IMG/VR virus record: IMGVR_UViG_3300044695_008209 | Coordinates: 96,001-160,000 of that record | Length of the DNA: 64,000 bases | Direction: 5' to 3' (one strand) | Source: a virus | Part shown: piece by piece, positions 19,301 through 28,067 of the stretch | How the letters are laid out: every line of letters starts with the position of its first letter | Position numbering within the stretch: position 1 is the first letter of the stretch | Program-made: the position numbers and the translations under genes | Notes under the pieces: model-generated | What the model was told of the DNA's origin: nothing | What the model saw: only the letters and a program-made list of their open reading frames with translations | Database searches by the model: none

Positions 19301-22300
19301 TGGGCCGCCGTGATCACGGGCAACCCGTTGCCGCCGCCGCAGCCCACGCGTGGGATGTCGCACTTCCAGAACTACCTGCGCGCCCTCGGCGTGAACGTGG
19401 AGAAGCGGAAGGACGACTACCACCTCTCCCCGCTGACGGACCTGCACCTGCTCGGCGACGAGAAGCGTGGGTTCCGCGGCATCTCGAACGGAGAGATCAA
19501 GCTGCCCGAGAAGCTCTCCGTGGCGCGTGGAGCGCGCACGGTCGAAGAGCACGGCGGCCTGTTCGACCCGAAGGTCACTGGCGGCATCCAGGGCAAGTTC
19601 TGGAGCCACGTCACCCTGGCGGAGCGGATGCCGAGCCCGCTCTTCGAGCCTGCCATCCAGACCCTGACGGGCCTGACCAAGAACCAGTTCAACAGTATGG
19701 TGGGTGAGAAGGGCTACGTCGACGGGAAGTCCGGGTTCCACACCATCGTCGAGCGGCTGGCCGCCCTCGACGTCGACACCGAGCTGAAGAAGGCCCAAGC
19801 TGAGGTCGGGAAGTCGAGCCGCGCCACGCTGAGCCGCTCGATGAAGAAGGTCCGCTACCTCGAGGCCCTCAAGGCGAGCGGGCTCACCCCCCTTGAGGCG
19901 TACACGAACAAGTACCTGCCCGTCCTGCCGCCGTCGGTGCGACGCGTGTCGATCGGACTCGATGGAACACAGGTTCTCGACGATCGGAACCCGCTGTACC
20001 TGGCGGTCGGCCACGCGAACGGGATCCTCAAGGCGGCGAAGCCCTCCACCCCCCACGAGGACATGCAGAAGGCGCGCGCGTCCCTCTACAGCAGCATCCG
20101 CTCCCTGAAGATGACCGGCATGACGACCAGCCCCGGCTCCGGCAAGCCGCGGCACATGCAGGGCCTGATGGAGCTCCTATCCGGCAAGACCGAGGACCAC
20201 GGCGCCCCCAAGGAGAGCTTCTTCCAGGAGGGCGTGCTCGCGCGTCGCCAGGACCTGTCCGGGCGCTCGACGATCGTGCCGGAGCCGGCCCTCGGTCTCG
20301 ACCAAGTCGGGGTGCCCCGCCAGATCGCCATGGAGATGTACAAGCCCTTCGTCGTGCGTGAGCTCGTGCGAGCGGGCAAGACTCCCATCGACGCGCTGAA
20401 GTGGGCGACCGAGAAGAAGGACCACCCGCAGGTGATGGACGCGCTCGAGCGCGCGGTGTCCGAGCGGCCTGTGTTCCTGAAGCGGGACCCGTCCCTGCAC
20501 AAGTTCAGCATCATGGCCTTCCACCCGAAGATCGTGGACGGCAGCGCCATCAAGATCCACCCGCTGGTCACCGGAGGCTTCAACGCCGACTTCGACGGGG
20601 ACACGATGGCCCTCTACGTCCCGGTGTCTGCCGAGGCGGTGGAGGAGGCGCACAAGATGCTCCCCTCGAAGAACCTGTTCTCGCCCACCCACTTCGGCCT
20701 GCTTCCCGTCCCCGGGCAGGACTCGCTCCTGGGCATCTACCAGGCCACGAAATGGGGCACCGAGGTTCCCGTTCCCGCGGGCACCACTGCCGAGCGCGCG
20801 ATGCAGATGATGCACGACGGGAAGCTCAAGCCGACCGACGTGATCACCATCGACGGGAAGAAGACGACCGCGGGGCGCCTGTCTCTCGCCAGGTTGCTTC
20901 CGACTGAGATGCAGGGGAACGAGAAGCTCCTGCACGACTCGGCCTTTCGCCTCAACAAGGATGGCGTCGAGAAGATGCTCTCCACGGTGGCGCGGGAGCA
21001 CGACAAGGGGTTCTCCGGGACGGTCGACGGGTGGAAGGACCTCGGGAACCACCTGTCCTACCTGAACGGCAGCTCCTTCTCCATCAACGACTTCCACGAC
21101 GGGGTCGCAATGCGCGACCGCGTCCTGAAGCCCTACGCCGAGCAGGAGAAGAAGCTCCACGCCACCCCCATGTCCCCGCGAAAGCGGGATCAGGAGATCG
21201 TCAAGCTCTACCAGGGGGCGCAGGCAGAGCTGAAGTCCGTCGGCAAGGTCAGGTACGACGCAGGCAGCAACCGCGTCTGGGAGTGGGCGCAGTCCGGGGC
21301 CCGCGGCAACTGGAACCAGTTTGCGCAGCTGACCCTGGCGCCCGTCCTCGTCGAGGACTTCGCCCGACGTACCGTCCCTGTGCCCATCACCAAGTCCTTC
21401 GGGGAGGGGCTCTCCGTCTCGGAGTACTGGGCGTCGATGCACGGAGCTCGTAAGGGCACGCTTGACCGTGCGCAGGGGACCCGTGAGCCCGGCGCCGTCC
21501 AGAAGGACATCGTCAACACGACCATGGGGATCCAGGTCACGGCGGAGGACTGCGGCTCGACCGAGGGCAAGCAGATGTCCCTGGGCCACAACGACATCGT
21601 CGGGCGCTTCCTCGCGCACTCCGTGAAGATCGGGACGGTCGACGTCCACGCGGGCGAGCTCATTACCCCCGCGCTCGTCTCGCAGGCGAGGAACGCGGGC
21701 GTCGTCGAGTTCGTCGTGCGCTCTCCCCTCTTCTGCAGGATGGGGAAGGGGGTCTGCGCGAAGTGCTACGGGCACAACGAGCGCGGAGGCCTGCACGCGA
21801 TCGGCACGAACCTCGGGGTCATCGCGGGGCAGGCGCTCAGCGAGCCCATCACGCAGCTCGCGATGAAGACCTTCCACACAGGCGGTGTTTCCAGCGCCGG
21901 CCAGTCCAGCGCCGTGGACTCCTTCAAGCGGGTGAAGCAGCTCTTCATGGTCCCCGACAAGCTGCCGGACAAGGCGGTGCTCGCCGTCATCGGGGGCAAG
22001 GTCGGGAAGATCTCCGCAGACGCACGCGGTGGGTTCACGGTCGACATCGAGGGCAAGCCGCACCGCGTCGTCACGGGGCACCTCCTCGAGAACGTCAAGA
22101 CGGGGGCTACCGTGCACCGCGGTGACCCGATCTCCACGGGCCCCATCGACCCGCACGAGCTCCTGGAGCACACCAAGAGCATCGGGCGGACGCGGAACTA
22201 CATCACGGACGAGGCCACTGCCGCGTACCAAGGCACGGTTCGGCAGCGGAACGTGGAGATGGTGGTCCGTGGGATGACGAACCTGACCGAGGTCCACAAC

Positions 22301-22630
22301 GCGCCTCCTGGAAGTCCCTGGCACCGCGGGGATATGGCACCGCTCTCTGCCGTCGACGAGCACAACGCCATCGCGACTGGCGAAGGCCACGAGACCATCT
22401 CGCATACCCCCACTCTTCGGGCGATGACGCTCGTGCCACTGTCCGGAACCGAGGACTGGATGGCACGGCTCAACTATCAGCGCCTCAAGGAGACGTATAC
22501 TGAGGGTGCTGCCCAGGGATGGAAGTCCAACATCCACGAGCACCCGATCCCCGGCCTTGCCCACGGGGCAGAGTTCGGGCTACATCCACCAAAGACCCGC
22601 GCACCACCGCCTTCTGGAGCACACCGATGA
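16319..22630 (+). CDS. rpoBC: Fused beta-beta' multi-subunit-type DNA-directed RNA polymerase (2103 aa)
   Basis: beta: QTPEG, NRAMMAAKQQEQA, FEDG, GDKLAGRHGNKG, GVPSRMNIGQVLE; beta': LPVLPP, SGRSTI, KRDPSLH, catalytic NADFDGD (20582-20602), SGARG, HGARKG, RSPLFC...CAKCYG, EPITQLAMKTFH; one uninterrupted frame. Confidence 0.97.
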   Translation: MPNLNPEAAFESLKGQVAATIRAQFPFEGATRRLEILDVLFDEKSNTAADAHHIDNLEEQLKARTTGMTWGVKVRGHLRLVDKASGHTVEEATVTLTNLPKITRRYSYIIDGQERQHDSVFRSKSRAYHRIASNGDIQARWNLARGHGFDLTYDPVKGRMVMTIGDSNIPLYSVLRVLNVGDAAMERQWGPEVFRDNVKAAKPGDVDKIYTALHLRMADRSPGSPAQRAEKIREYFEQETEVLPDAMKAAFGKEYTTVNGENLLLSSGRLLAIQKGRLKEDPPAHELPDDRQALSAKYLATTEDFVIEALRHHEASLRKQVHDRIDKPEYSITDIMSPNSYGRVVLSPFQHAQRPEQTNPLQFLSGYMRTTIRGKEFGGVGGEKINLDVEKELNPTHLGFIDPIQTPEGEDTGIALNLPLGISLTRGTARPGTKSRASPGQEIRTKVYDTKAGQLVLATPAELEHEIVAYPDQVRWTAGRPTPIANEVICYDEQRKTSKRPWSKVRYVLPSAKALLSFSANLIPFLQNNNGNRAMMAAKQQEQALALVHREAPLVQVKTDGTSTFEHVVGSFVTHTAPEAGVVKHVEPGAIHLQTQSGLVKIPTYNHFPLNGGKNSLHSIPVVKAGQSVEKGALLADSNYTKDGALALGANLRVAYVPWKGLTFEDGIVVSESAAKRMSSDHMHALEITVYAGMVGAEPGAMARWRDYATPARGTSEHVSKLDDRGIIREGTVVHTGDVLVAVLSPKQPNESDLAAGRIHKTLAKSYRDASLVWDHDYSGKVVRVLVSEAMNRKHVTVHIATEQPLVVGDKLAGRHGNKGIISRIVPDHEMPHTADGAPADLLLNPAGVPSRMNIGQVLETAASKIAQKTGKPYVVENFVSGVDYSAKVMQEMQKHGLTDTEEMFDPVTKRSIGKIMVGPQYMLKLHHQVEKKATARSMETGYTHTGEAPKGSGIPGGGQKMDMLTTYAMLAHGANHNLREAYTFKSDGDQNAAWAAVITGNPLPPPQPTRGMSHFQNYLRALGVNVEKRKDDYHLSPLTDLHLLGDEKRGFRGISNGEIKLPEKLSVARGARTVEEHGGLFDPKVTGGIQGKFWSHVTLAERMPSPLFEPAIQTLTGLTKNQFNSMVGEKGYVDGKSGFHTIVERLAALDVDTELKKAQAEVGKSSRATLSRSMKKVRYLEALKASGLTPLEAYTNKYLPVLPPSVRRVSIGLDGTQVLDDRNPLYLAVGHANGILKAAKPSTPHEDMQKARASLYSSIRSLKMTGMTTSPGSGKPRHMQGLMELLSGKTEDHGAPKESFFQEGVLARRQDLSGRSTIVPEPALGLDQVGVPRQIAMEMYKPFVVRELVRAGKTPIDALKWATEKKDHPQVMDALERAVSERPVFLKRDPSLHKFSIMAFHPKIVDGSAIKIHPLVTGGFNADFDGDTMALYVPVSAEAVEEAHKMLPSKNLFSPTHFGLLPVPGQDSLLGIYQATKWGTEVPVPAGTTAERAMQMMHDGKLKPTDVITIDGKKTTAGRLSLARLLPTEMQGNEKLLHDSAFRLNKDGVEKMLSTVAREHDKGFSGTVDGWKDLGNHLSYLNGSSFSINDFHDGVAMRDRVLKPYAEQEKKLHATPMSPRKRDQEIVKLYQGAQAELKSVGKVRYDAGSNRVWEWAQSGARGNWNQFAQLTLAPVLVEDFARRTVPVPITKSFGEGLSVSEYWASMHGARKGTLDRAQGTREPGAVQKDIVNTTMGIQVTAEDCGSTEGKQMSLGHNDIVGRFLAHSVKIGTVDVHAGELITPALVSQARNAGVVEFVVRSPLFCRMGKGVCAKCYGHNERGGLHAIGTNLGVIAGQALSEPITQLAMKTFHTGGVSSAGQSSAVDSFKRVKQLFMVPDKLPDKAVLAVIGGKVGKISADARGGFTVDIEGKPHRVVTGHLLENVKTGATVHRGDPISTGPIDPHELLEHTKSIGRTRNYITDEATAAYQGTVRQRNVEMVVRGMTNLTEVHNAPPGSPWHRGDMAPLSAVDEHNAIATGEGHETISHTPTLRAMTLVPLSGTEDWMARLNYQRLKETYTEGAAQGWKSNIHEHPIPGLAHGAEFGLHPPKTRAPPPSGAHR

Positions 22631-23028
22631 ACGCCTTCGAGAAAACCGCAGCCTTCTACGACACCGCCCTCTCTGCGCCGACGACCGACAAGGTCGCCAG
22701 CGTCTACGAGATCTACAAGCAGGCCGGCTTCGACAAGGACGCGGGACTCGCCTCCGGCATCGGAGAGGCCGTCGCCGCCGGCGGGAAGTGGGTCGGGCAC
22801 CAGGTCGGGCGCGTGGGTGGCGCGATGCAGCGGACAGCCTTCCAGGCGTCGAAGGGCGTCCCCACGCAGGGGCAGGCCATGCTCCACGCCGCCGGACAGG
22901 GCGTGCGCAACCTGGGCAAGGGGATCGCGGCGAACCCGGGCACCGCAGCCGGCGTCGCCGGCGTTGGCCTCGCCGGTATGGGGGCCGCGGGAGTGGCCGG
23001 TCGGATGTCCGCCCCTCGCCAGCAGTAG
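22627..23028 (+). CDS. Small K-x-A / glycine-zipper probable head cargo protein (start moved to ATG 22627)
   Basis: ATGA coupling to RNAP stop; EKTAA, DKVAS, YKQAG, DKDAG; NPGTAAGVAGVGLAG. Confidence 0.75.
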   Translation: MNAFEKTAAFYDTALSAPTTDKVASVYEIYKQAGFDKDAGLASGIGEAVAAGGKWVGHQVGRVGGAMQRTAFQASKGVPTQGQAMLHAAGQGVRNLGKGIAANPGTAAGVAGVGLAGMGAAGVAGRMSAPRQQ

Positions 23029-23049
23029 GTTCCGCCCACGAGGAAGATC

Positions 23050-24222
23050 ATGACGACCAAGAAGCAGGGGACGCATGACCTCCCGAACAAGGGCAAGTCC
23101 ACGGGCGGGGGCGCGGGGACGCCTGCGCTCATCCAGGCGGGGCGGATCCTCGACGTCGACCCACTGAGGTGGACGTGCGTCATCAAGACCGACGGCGGAG
23201 GCGACGTCTCGAGGACTTTCCGCGACGTTCCACTCGGCGGCATGTACCTGCACCCCCTCGGAGATGGCATCTTCGTGATGCCCGAGCCTGGTGCGCTGGT
23301 GTGGGTCTGCAAGCCGAGCGAGGGGGACGCGTCCGCGTTCATCGTCGCCTACCGGCCCTACCCGCGCAGGGACAACGTCACCTCGACCGAGGCCAACAAG
23401 CCGACGACCACCAGCAATCGTCCGCGCCTCAGTCCCGGCGACTTGGCGTTTCTCGGACGAGACCAGAACGGGCTCTTCGTGCGTCGAGGGCAGCTGACGG
23501 AGATCTTCGGAGGCCCGCTCGCACGGACGCTCTACCAGGGACGCACCGGCACGATCCACTCCTTCGCCCAGACGGTGAAGCTCGACGTGTTCGGCGGCTC
23601 AGTCCGCTGGGACGTGGACCGCCCCGAGCTCGACCCGGACGGCCACCAGGGAACGCGCGTGGACCTGAAGGCGAAGGAGTACGCGGACGACCGCGCCTAC
23701 GTCTCCAGGATCCAGATCGGCAAGTTCGACGCCAACACCACCATCTCGGAGCCCGTCCTCCGCGTGCAGGTCTTCTCGAGTGGAGATGCGGAAGAGGCGT
23801 CGCTCGTCCAAGCAGCATCCCTCGCGGCGAACAAGGACGGCGAGGTCGAGCTCTCTACGACTGGGAACGTGACGGTCGACGTGGTGGTGGGCGGCGCGCC
23901 GGTCGCGTCCGTGCACGTCTCGAAGGACGGCACGATCGCGATCACGGGGACCGCGGCCGTCGCGGTTCAGGGGACTTCGGTGACCCTCATCGCAGGTAGC
24001 ATGCAGATGGCTGTGGCCGGTGCCGGTGCCTCCGTCGGTGCCGAGGCCGGGGTCAAGACCAAGGTGTTGAAGGACCTGGCCTTCAGCACTGACGCCGCGG
24101 CTGCCTGGACCGAGGTCATGGCACTCTGTACCGCACTCGGACTGCCGAGCACGAACATCGCGAAGCATCTCGCCTCCCTGAGCGCAGCGGCCTACACCTC
24201 GACGGCGCTGGAGACTGAGTAG
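23050..24222 (+). CDS. Baseplate spike/hub protein (gpV/gp5/VgrG-like OB fold plus beta repeats)
   Basis: GRILDVD...DVPL...GIFVMPEPGALVWV OB-fold pattern; C-terminal beta-strand repeats. Confidence 0.6.
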   Translation: MTTKKQGTHDLPNKGKSTGGGAGTPALIQAGRILDVDPLRWTCVIKTDGGGDVSRTFRDVPLGGMYLHPLGDGIFVMPEPGALVWVCKPSEGDASAFIVAYRPYPRRDNVTSTEANKPTTTSNRPRLSPGDLAFLGRDQNGLFVRRGQLTEIFGGPLARTLYQGRTGTIHSFAQTVKLDVFGGSVRWDVDRPELDPDGHQGTRVDLKAKEYADDRAYVSRIQIGKFDANTTISEPVLRVQVFSSGDAEEASLVQAASLAANKDGEVELSTTGNVTVDVVVGGAPVASVHVSKDGTIAITGTAAVAVQGTSVTLIAGSMQMAVAGAGASVGAEAGVKTKVLKDLAFSTDAAAAWTEVMALCTALGLPSTNIAKHLASLSAAAYTSTALETE

Positions 24223-24750
24223 ATGCCCGGGCCGCACCTTCCATCCATCCGGCAGCGCGTACATCGACGCCTCAACCCGGGTCGACTGGCGCAGGACGGC
24301 TTGCCGGAACTCCTCGCTCAGGTGCTCTACGACGAGCTCCTCGAAAACCCGGGACCGCAGGGCGCCCCAGGTACCCCCGGTGCTCCAGGAGTAGCCGGTG
24401 ACCCTGGACCACAGGGGGATCCTGGGCCTCAAGGGGACCCCGGGCCGCAAGGAGATCCTGGTACCCCCGGAGGGACTGACCCCGCGCTCGAGATGGAGCT
24501 GGCCTTCAAGGTGGCCAACGCGAGCAACTTCAAGAAGCCGACCTACAACCTTCAGGGGCAGCTGACGGTGGTGGACATCTGGGAGACTCCGGCGATGCTG
24601 GTGAAGCTGTTCAGCAAGGCGCTGGCGTACACGGACGGGAAGCTGACCACGTCGACGCTGACACGCATCTCGGACGGCGCTACGCTTGTCCGGACGCTCA
24701 CGTACGCTGCTGAGAAGTGGGACGGTACGACCTCGGTATACACCCCATGA
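24223..24750 (+). CDS. Collagen-like virion protein
   Basis: About 13 Gly-X-Y triplets (GPQGDP repeats). Confidence 0.72.
   Translation: MPGPHLPSIRQRVHRRLNPGRLAQDGLPELLAQVLYDELLENPGPQGAPGTPGAPGVAGDPGPQGDPGPQGDPGPQGDPGTPGGTDPALEMELAFKVANASNFKKPTYNLQGQLTVVDIWETPAMLVKLFSKALAYTDGKLTTSTLTRISDGATLVRTLTYAAEKWDGTTSVYTP
24350..24475 (+). repeat. Degenerate 18-bp repeats encoding GDPGPQ collagen units
   Basis: ggggatcctgggcctcaa / ggggaccccgggccgcaa / ggagatcctggtaccccc. Confidence 0.75.
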
Positions 24751-24773
24751 CCTCGACGGGCTAAGGAGGGTCC

Positions 24774-27700
24774 GTGGCAACCTTCAACCTCGCCTCGGGC
24801 GGCACCACCTACTGGCACGACACGGCGTACACCACCCGCGCCGGCGGGGACACGTACAACCTGTCGCTGGGCTCGATCCTCATCGTGGACGGGGACTGCC
24901 GCTTCGGACCGAACACCACGACGGCGACCGGCCCCCCAGGCGTCATCGACATCGCGGCGAACACGGGCGGCGAGTTCCGCATCGACGGAAGCGGCGTCCG
25001 CCTGATCCCGTACAAGACCGGCTCGGGCAACGTCCCGGCGCTGGACACGGCCATCACCATCGGCGGGGTGAGCGGGAAGCTGCTGGGGGTCTGGGCGACC
25101 ATCGACGTGGCCCCGACGGCGGTTGGCGCGGGGATGCCCCCAACCGGCTTCATCAAGGTGCGCCAGGTCACCGGAGGCACCTACAAGGGCGGCACGCTGG
25201 GCGGCATCGGGGCCGTCGCGCTGGGCGACACGGGCGCGGCCCTGACGATCACCGTGGCGGCCGGCGCCAAGACCTTCACGCGCGGCGCGGGCGACTTCAT
25301 CGCGGACGGCATCAAGCTCGGCGACACGGTGGTCACCAGCGGCTTCACGAACGGGGGCAACAACGGCACCTTCGTCGTGACGACGATCACGACCACGGTG
25401 CTGACCTTCTCGGCGGCGACCGGGCTCGTGGACGAGACGGGCAACGGCAACGAACAGGTCATCTCCCAGACCGTGGACATCGTTGGCTGGATCGACTTCT
25501 CGGCGGACGACAACGGGACGATCACGGTTCGCCGCCTCGGCACGTTCAAGACGCGCGGGGCCTGGTTCGAGCTGGGGAAGACCAGCGGGAACCGCAACCA
25601 GACGATGGCGCTGCCCTGCTCCGGGCAGACCGCGTTCTGGATCAGCGGGGTGTGGATCGAAACGGCGGTCGCAAGCGGGCTGTTCGAGTATTGGCCATGC
25701 CTGACGACGAACGCGAACGGCGGCTGGACTACCGCGAACCAGGGCACGGACGGACGCTCACGAGCGGTCATGTGCGACGCGGCGAACAAGGTGATCCGCA
25801 TCGGCGCCGACGCAGCGGCGACGAGCATCGGAGAGCTGCCGGGAGCGGGCCGACGGGTGGTGGTCCCCAACGTGTTCCTGATGACGAACACGACGGCGGC
25901 CCGCACCGTGGCGGTCATCCCCAACGCGACCCCGGCCACCCGCTTCGAGTTCTTCACGTCCGGCGGCGCCGTGATCGACATGGAGTACACCGAGTGCAAC
26001 TGGTGCGCGAACACGGCCGCCACCAGCTTGAACCAATGCTACTCGATCACGATGACGAACGTGACGTGGGGGGACGTGCTGTTCCTCGGCGAGTGCGCCA
26101 CGCCGATCATCTGGAACAGCGGAGGCGTCAGCCCGATCAACCCGCAAGAGACGGCGGCGTTGATCGTCTCGTCGCAGTTCAACGGTGGCACGTTCACGGA
26201 CTGCAAGTTCTGGCGTGGCGGCGCCATCGGAGCTGGCGAGTACAGCGTTTCGCTTGTCACCTGCACCGACCTGAACTTCGTGCGCTGCCGCTTTGGCCAG
26301 GCGACGCTGAACACGAACGCGACCGGCTACTCGCTGAACGTGAACTCCTGCGTGCGGACGACGTTCACGACGTGCTGGATCACGGGCGGCGCCCTGATCA
26401 CGACCTGCTCGTTCACGACGTTCACGACCACGACGTACATCCAGCGGCACTCCGGCACGTCTGGGGCGACCCCGACGATGCACGTCTGGACGGTCGCGGG
26501 GCGCTCCAGCGACACCTTCCTTGACGGCCTGGACTGGGGCGGGTTCACGAACGTCCACGCCTACGGCGGCCTCCTGTCCGTAGCGGCGAGCGACCGCACC
26601 GAGCTGCGAAACGTGGGGACGGCCGCCGCCCCGCTGACCCTGGGCTCGGCGAACCAGACTCGGTTCCTGCTCACCACCGGCAGCGGCTGCGACGGCGTGA
26701 CCCTCAAGCGGGTCTACACGGACAACGCCAACGGGCTCTACTCCACGACGAACGGCGACAAGAACATCCTCCTCCAGAACGTGTGGGCGGACGCCGCGGA
26801 CAACTTCGGAGCCCAATGGTTGAGCTGCATCCAGAAGGGGTGCCGCGGCTTCGGCACAGTCGTCACGTCGTTCACGGCGTCCTACGACAACATCTTCTGG
26901 GACACGTTCAACGCGACCACGACAGGCAAGATCGGCATCCACTTCAACGAGGCGGTCGGTCCTGACGCCCCCTACGTCGCGCTCACGGGCACGGCGAAGT
27001 TCACGGCATCGGGCTTGATCTACATGCCGAACTCGGGCGACACGGCCACGTTCACGTTCCCCTACTACGTCATCGGGTACAACGGCTTCACCATCCTCGA
27101 GGAGACGCTGGCGAGCGCGAGCGGCACCATCAAGGACCGGATGCGCGTCCAGTACCAGATCGACAAGAACGACGGGGCCGGCTTCGGGAGCTACCACAAC
27201 CTGCACTACAACCGGACGGGTGGCGGCGGGACCGTCGGCCAGTTCACGATCACGATGACGAACACCGTGGGCGTCGAGGTCGGGGACTACGTGTTCGGGA
27301 CGAACGTGGGTGCGTCGGCCCGCGTGACCAGCGTGGACAACGGGACGACGGTGACGGTCAACGTCGCGAACGGCGGGGCAGTCTCGGGCACCCTGCGCTT
27401 CAACCAGCTCCCCTTCGAGGCGAGCGTCAGCCAGGCCAACGGGTTCAAGCTGAATCTCAAGATCACCTGCGAGACGACGGACACCACGAACAACACGATC
27501 CACACGCTCCACGTCCAGGGCATCACGACGAACGACGCGAACGGCATCCAGCGTCAGTACCCGCTGGACGTGGTGACGGTCACGCTGTCGAACCTCGTGG
27601 TTGGGAGCCGGTACAGCATCCTCCGGGCCGACGGCGTGACGCTGCTGGCGACGGGTACGGCCGCGAGCTCGACGGAGAAGCCGACGGTGACCTACCCAGG

Positions 27701-27839
27701 CGCCCCGGAGAACATCATCATCCGCGTCCGCAAGGGGTCGGCGGCGACCAAGTACTTCCCGTTCGAGACGCAGGCGCCCATCACCCGCTCCGGGGCCTCG
27801 GCGTTCATCTCCCAGACCCCCGACACCCTCGCAGCGTAG
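24774..27839 (+). CDS. Large Thr/Gly-rich beta-structured virion protein (fibre/receptor-binding candidate, possible beta-helix)
   Basis: AAGGAGG RBS; beta-helix-like F-x-x-C-x-F periodicity; modules shared with neighbours. Confidence 0.65.
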   Translation: MATFNLASGGTTYWHDTAYTTRAGGDTYNLSLGSILIVDGDCRFGPNTTTATGPPGVIDIAANTGGEFRIDGSGVRLIPYKTGSGNVPALDTAITIGGVSGKLLGVWATIDVAPTAVGAGMPPTGFIKVRQVTGGTYKGGTLGGIGAVALGDTGAALTITVAAGAKTFTRGAGDFIADGIKLGDTVVTSGFTNGGNNGTFVVTTITTTVLTFSAATGLVDETGNGNEQVISQTVDIVGWIDFSADDNGTITVRRLGTFKTRGAWFELGKTSGNRNQTMALPCSGQTAFWISGVWIETAVASGLFEYWPCLTTNANGGWTTANQGTDGRSRAVMCDAANKVIRIGADAAATSIGELPGAGRRVVVPNVFLMTNTTAARTVAVIPNATPATRFEFFTSGGAVIDMEYTECNWCANTAATSLNQCYSITMTNVTWGDVLFLGECATPIIWNSGGVSPINPQETAALIVSSQFNGGTFTDCKFWRGGAIGAGEYSVSLVTCTDLNFVRCRFGQATLNTNATGYSLNVNSCVRTTFTTCWITGGALITTCSFTTFTTTTYIQRHSGTSGATPTMHVWTVAGRSSDTFLDGLDWGGFTNVHAYGGLLSVAASDRTELRNVGTAAAPLTLGSANQTRFLLTTGSGCDGVTLKRVYTDNANGLYSTTNGDKNILLQNVWADAADNFGAQWLSCIQKGCRGFGTVVTSFTASYDNIFWDTFNATTTGKIGIHFNEAVGPDAPYVALTGTAKFTASGLIYMPNSGDTATFTFPYYVIGYNGFTILEETLASASGTIKDRMRVQYQIDKNDGAGFGSYHNLHYNRTGGGGTVGQFTITMTNTVGVEVGDYVFGTNVGASARVTSVDNGTTVTVNVANGGAVSGTLRFNQLPFEASVSQANGFKLNLKITCETTDTTNNTIHTLHVQGITTNDANGIQRQYPLDVVTVTLSNLVVGSRYSILRADGVTLLATGTAASSTEKPTVTYPGAPENIIIRVRKGSAATKYFPFETQAPITRSGASAFISQTPDTLAA

Positions 27840-27847
27840 GAGCACCG

Positions 27848-28042
27848 ATGGACAAGCTCGCGATCCCCTTCGTCATCGTCTCCACCCCAGACGATGCGAA
27901 CGAGCCCAACGTCGGAAGCGCGACATGCGGCTGCTGCGGCTGCGTGTTCCGCTACGACCTCGCGGCGCGCATCGGCGTCGAGCTCGTGGTCAACACCGAG
28001 AACCTCTACGCGCTCGCCTGCCCTGATGACTGCGCGGTATAG
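27848..28042 (+). CDS. Small Cys-rich protein (64 aa)
   Basis: AGGAG RBS; CGCCGC...CPDDC. Confidence 0.6.
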   Translation: MDKLAIPFVIVSTPDDANEPNVGSATCGCCGCVFRYDLAARIGVELVVNTENLYALACPDDCAV

Positions 28043-28067
28043 TCCCACATCCTGACCGGAGCCTCCC

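Noticed and set aside
16025-20155. 1376-aa minus-strand ORF, and similarly 20177..22564
   Set aside because: Antisense shadow of the RNAP gene caused by high GC3; no motifs. Only the last 82 codons have an RBS.
16319-22630. Cellular rpoBC locus or host contamination
   Set aside because: No ribosomal-protein or nusG context; flanked by portal and baseplate genes; too diverged and compact for a cellular enzyme
16319-22630. Intein or intron in RNAP, PolA or TerL
   Set aside because: Conserved motifs are collinear, with no splice-junction or homing-endonuclease motifs; the PolA insert lacks intein termini
24350-24475. Short tandem repeats as VNTR or DGR target
   Set aside because: Explained by collagen coding; no reverse transcriptase in the window
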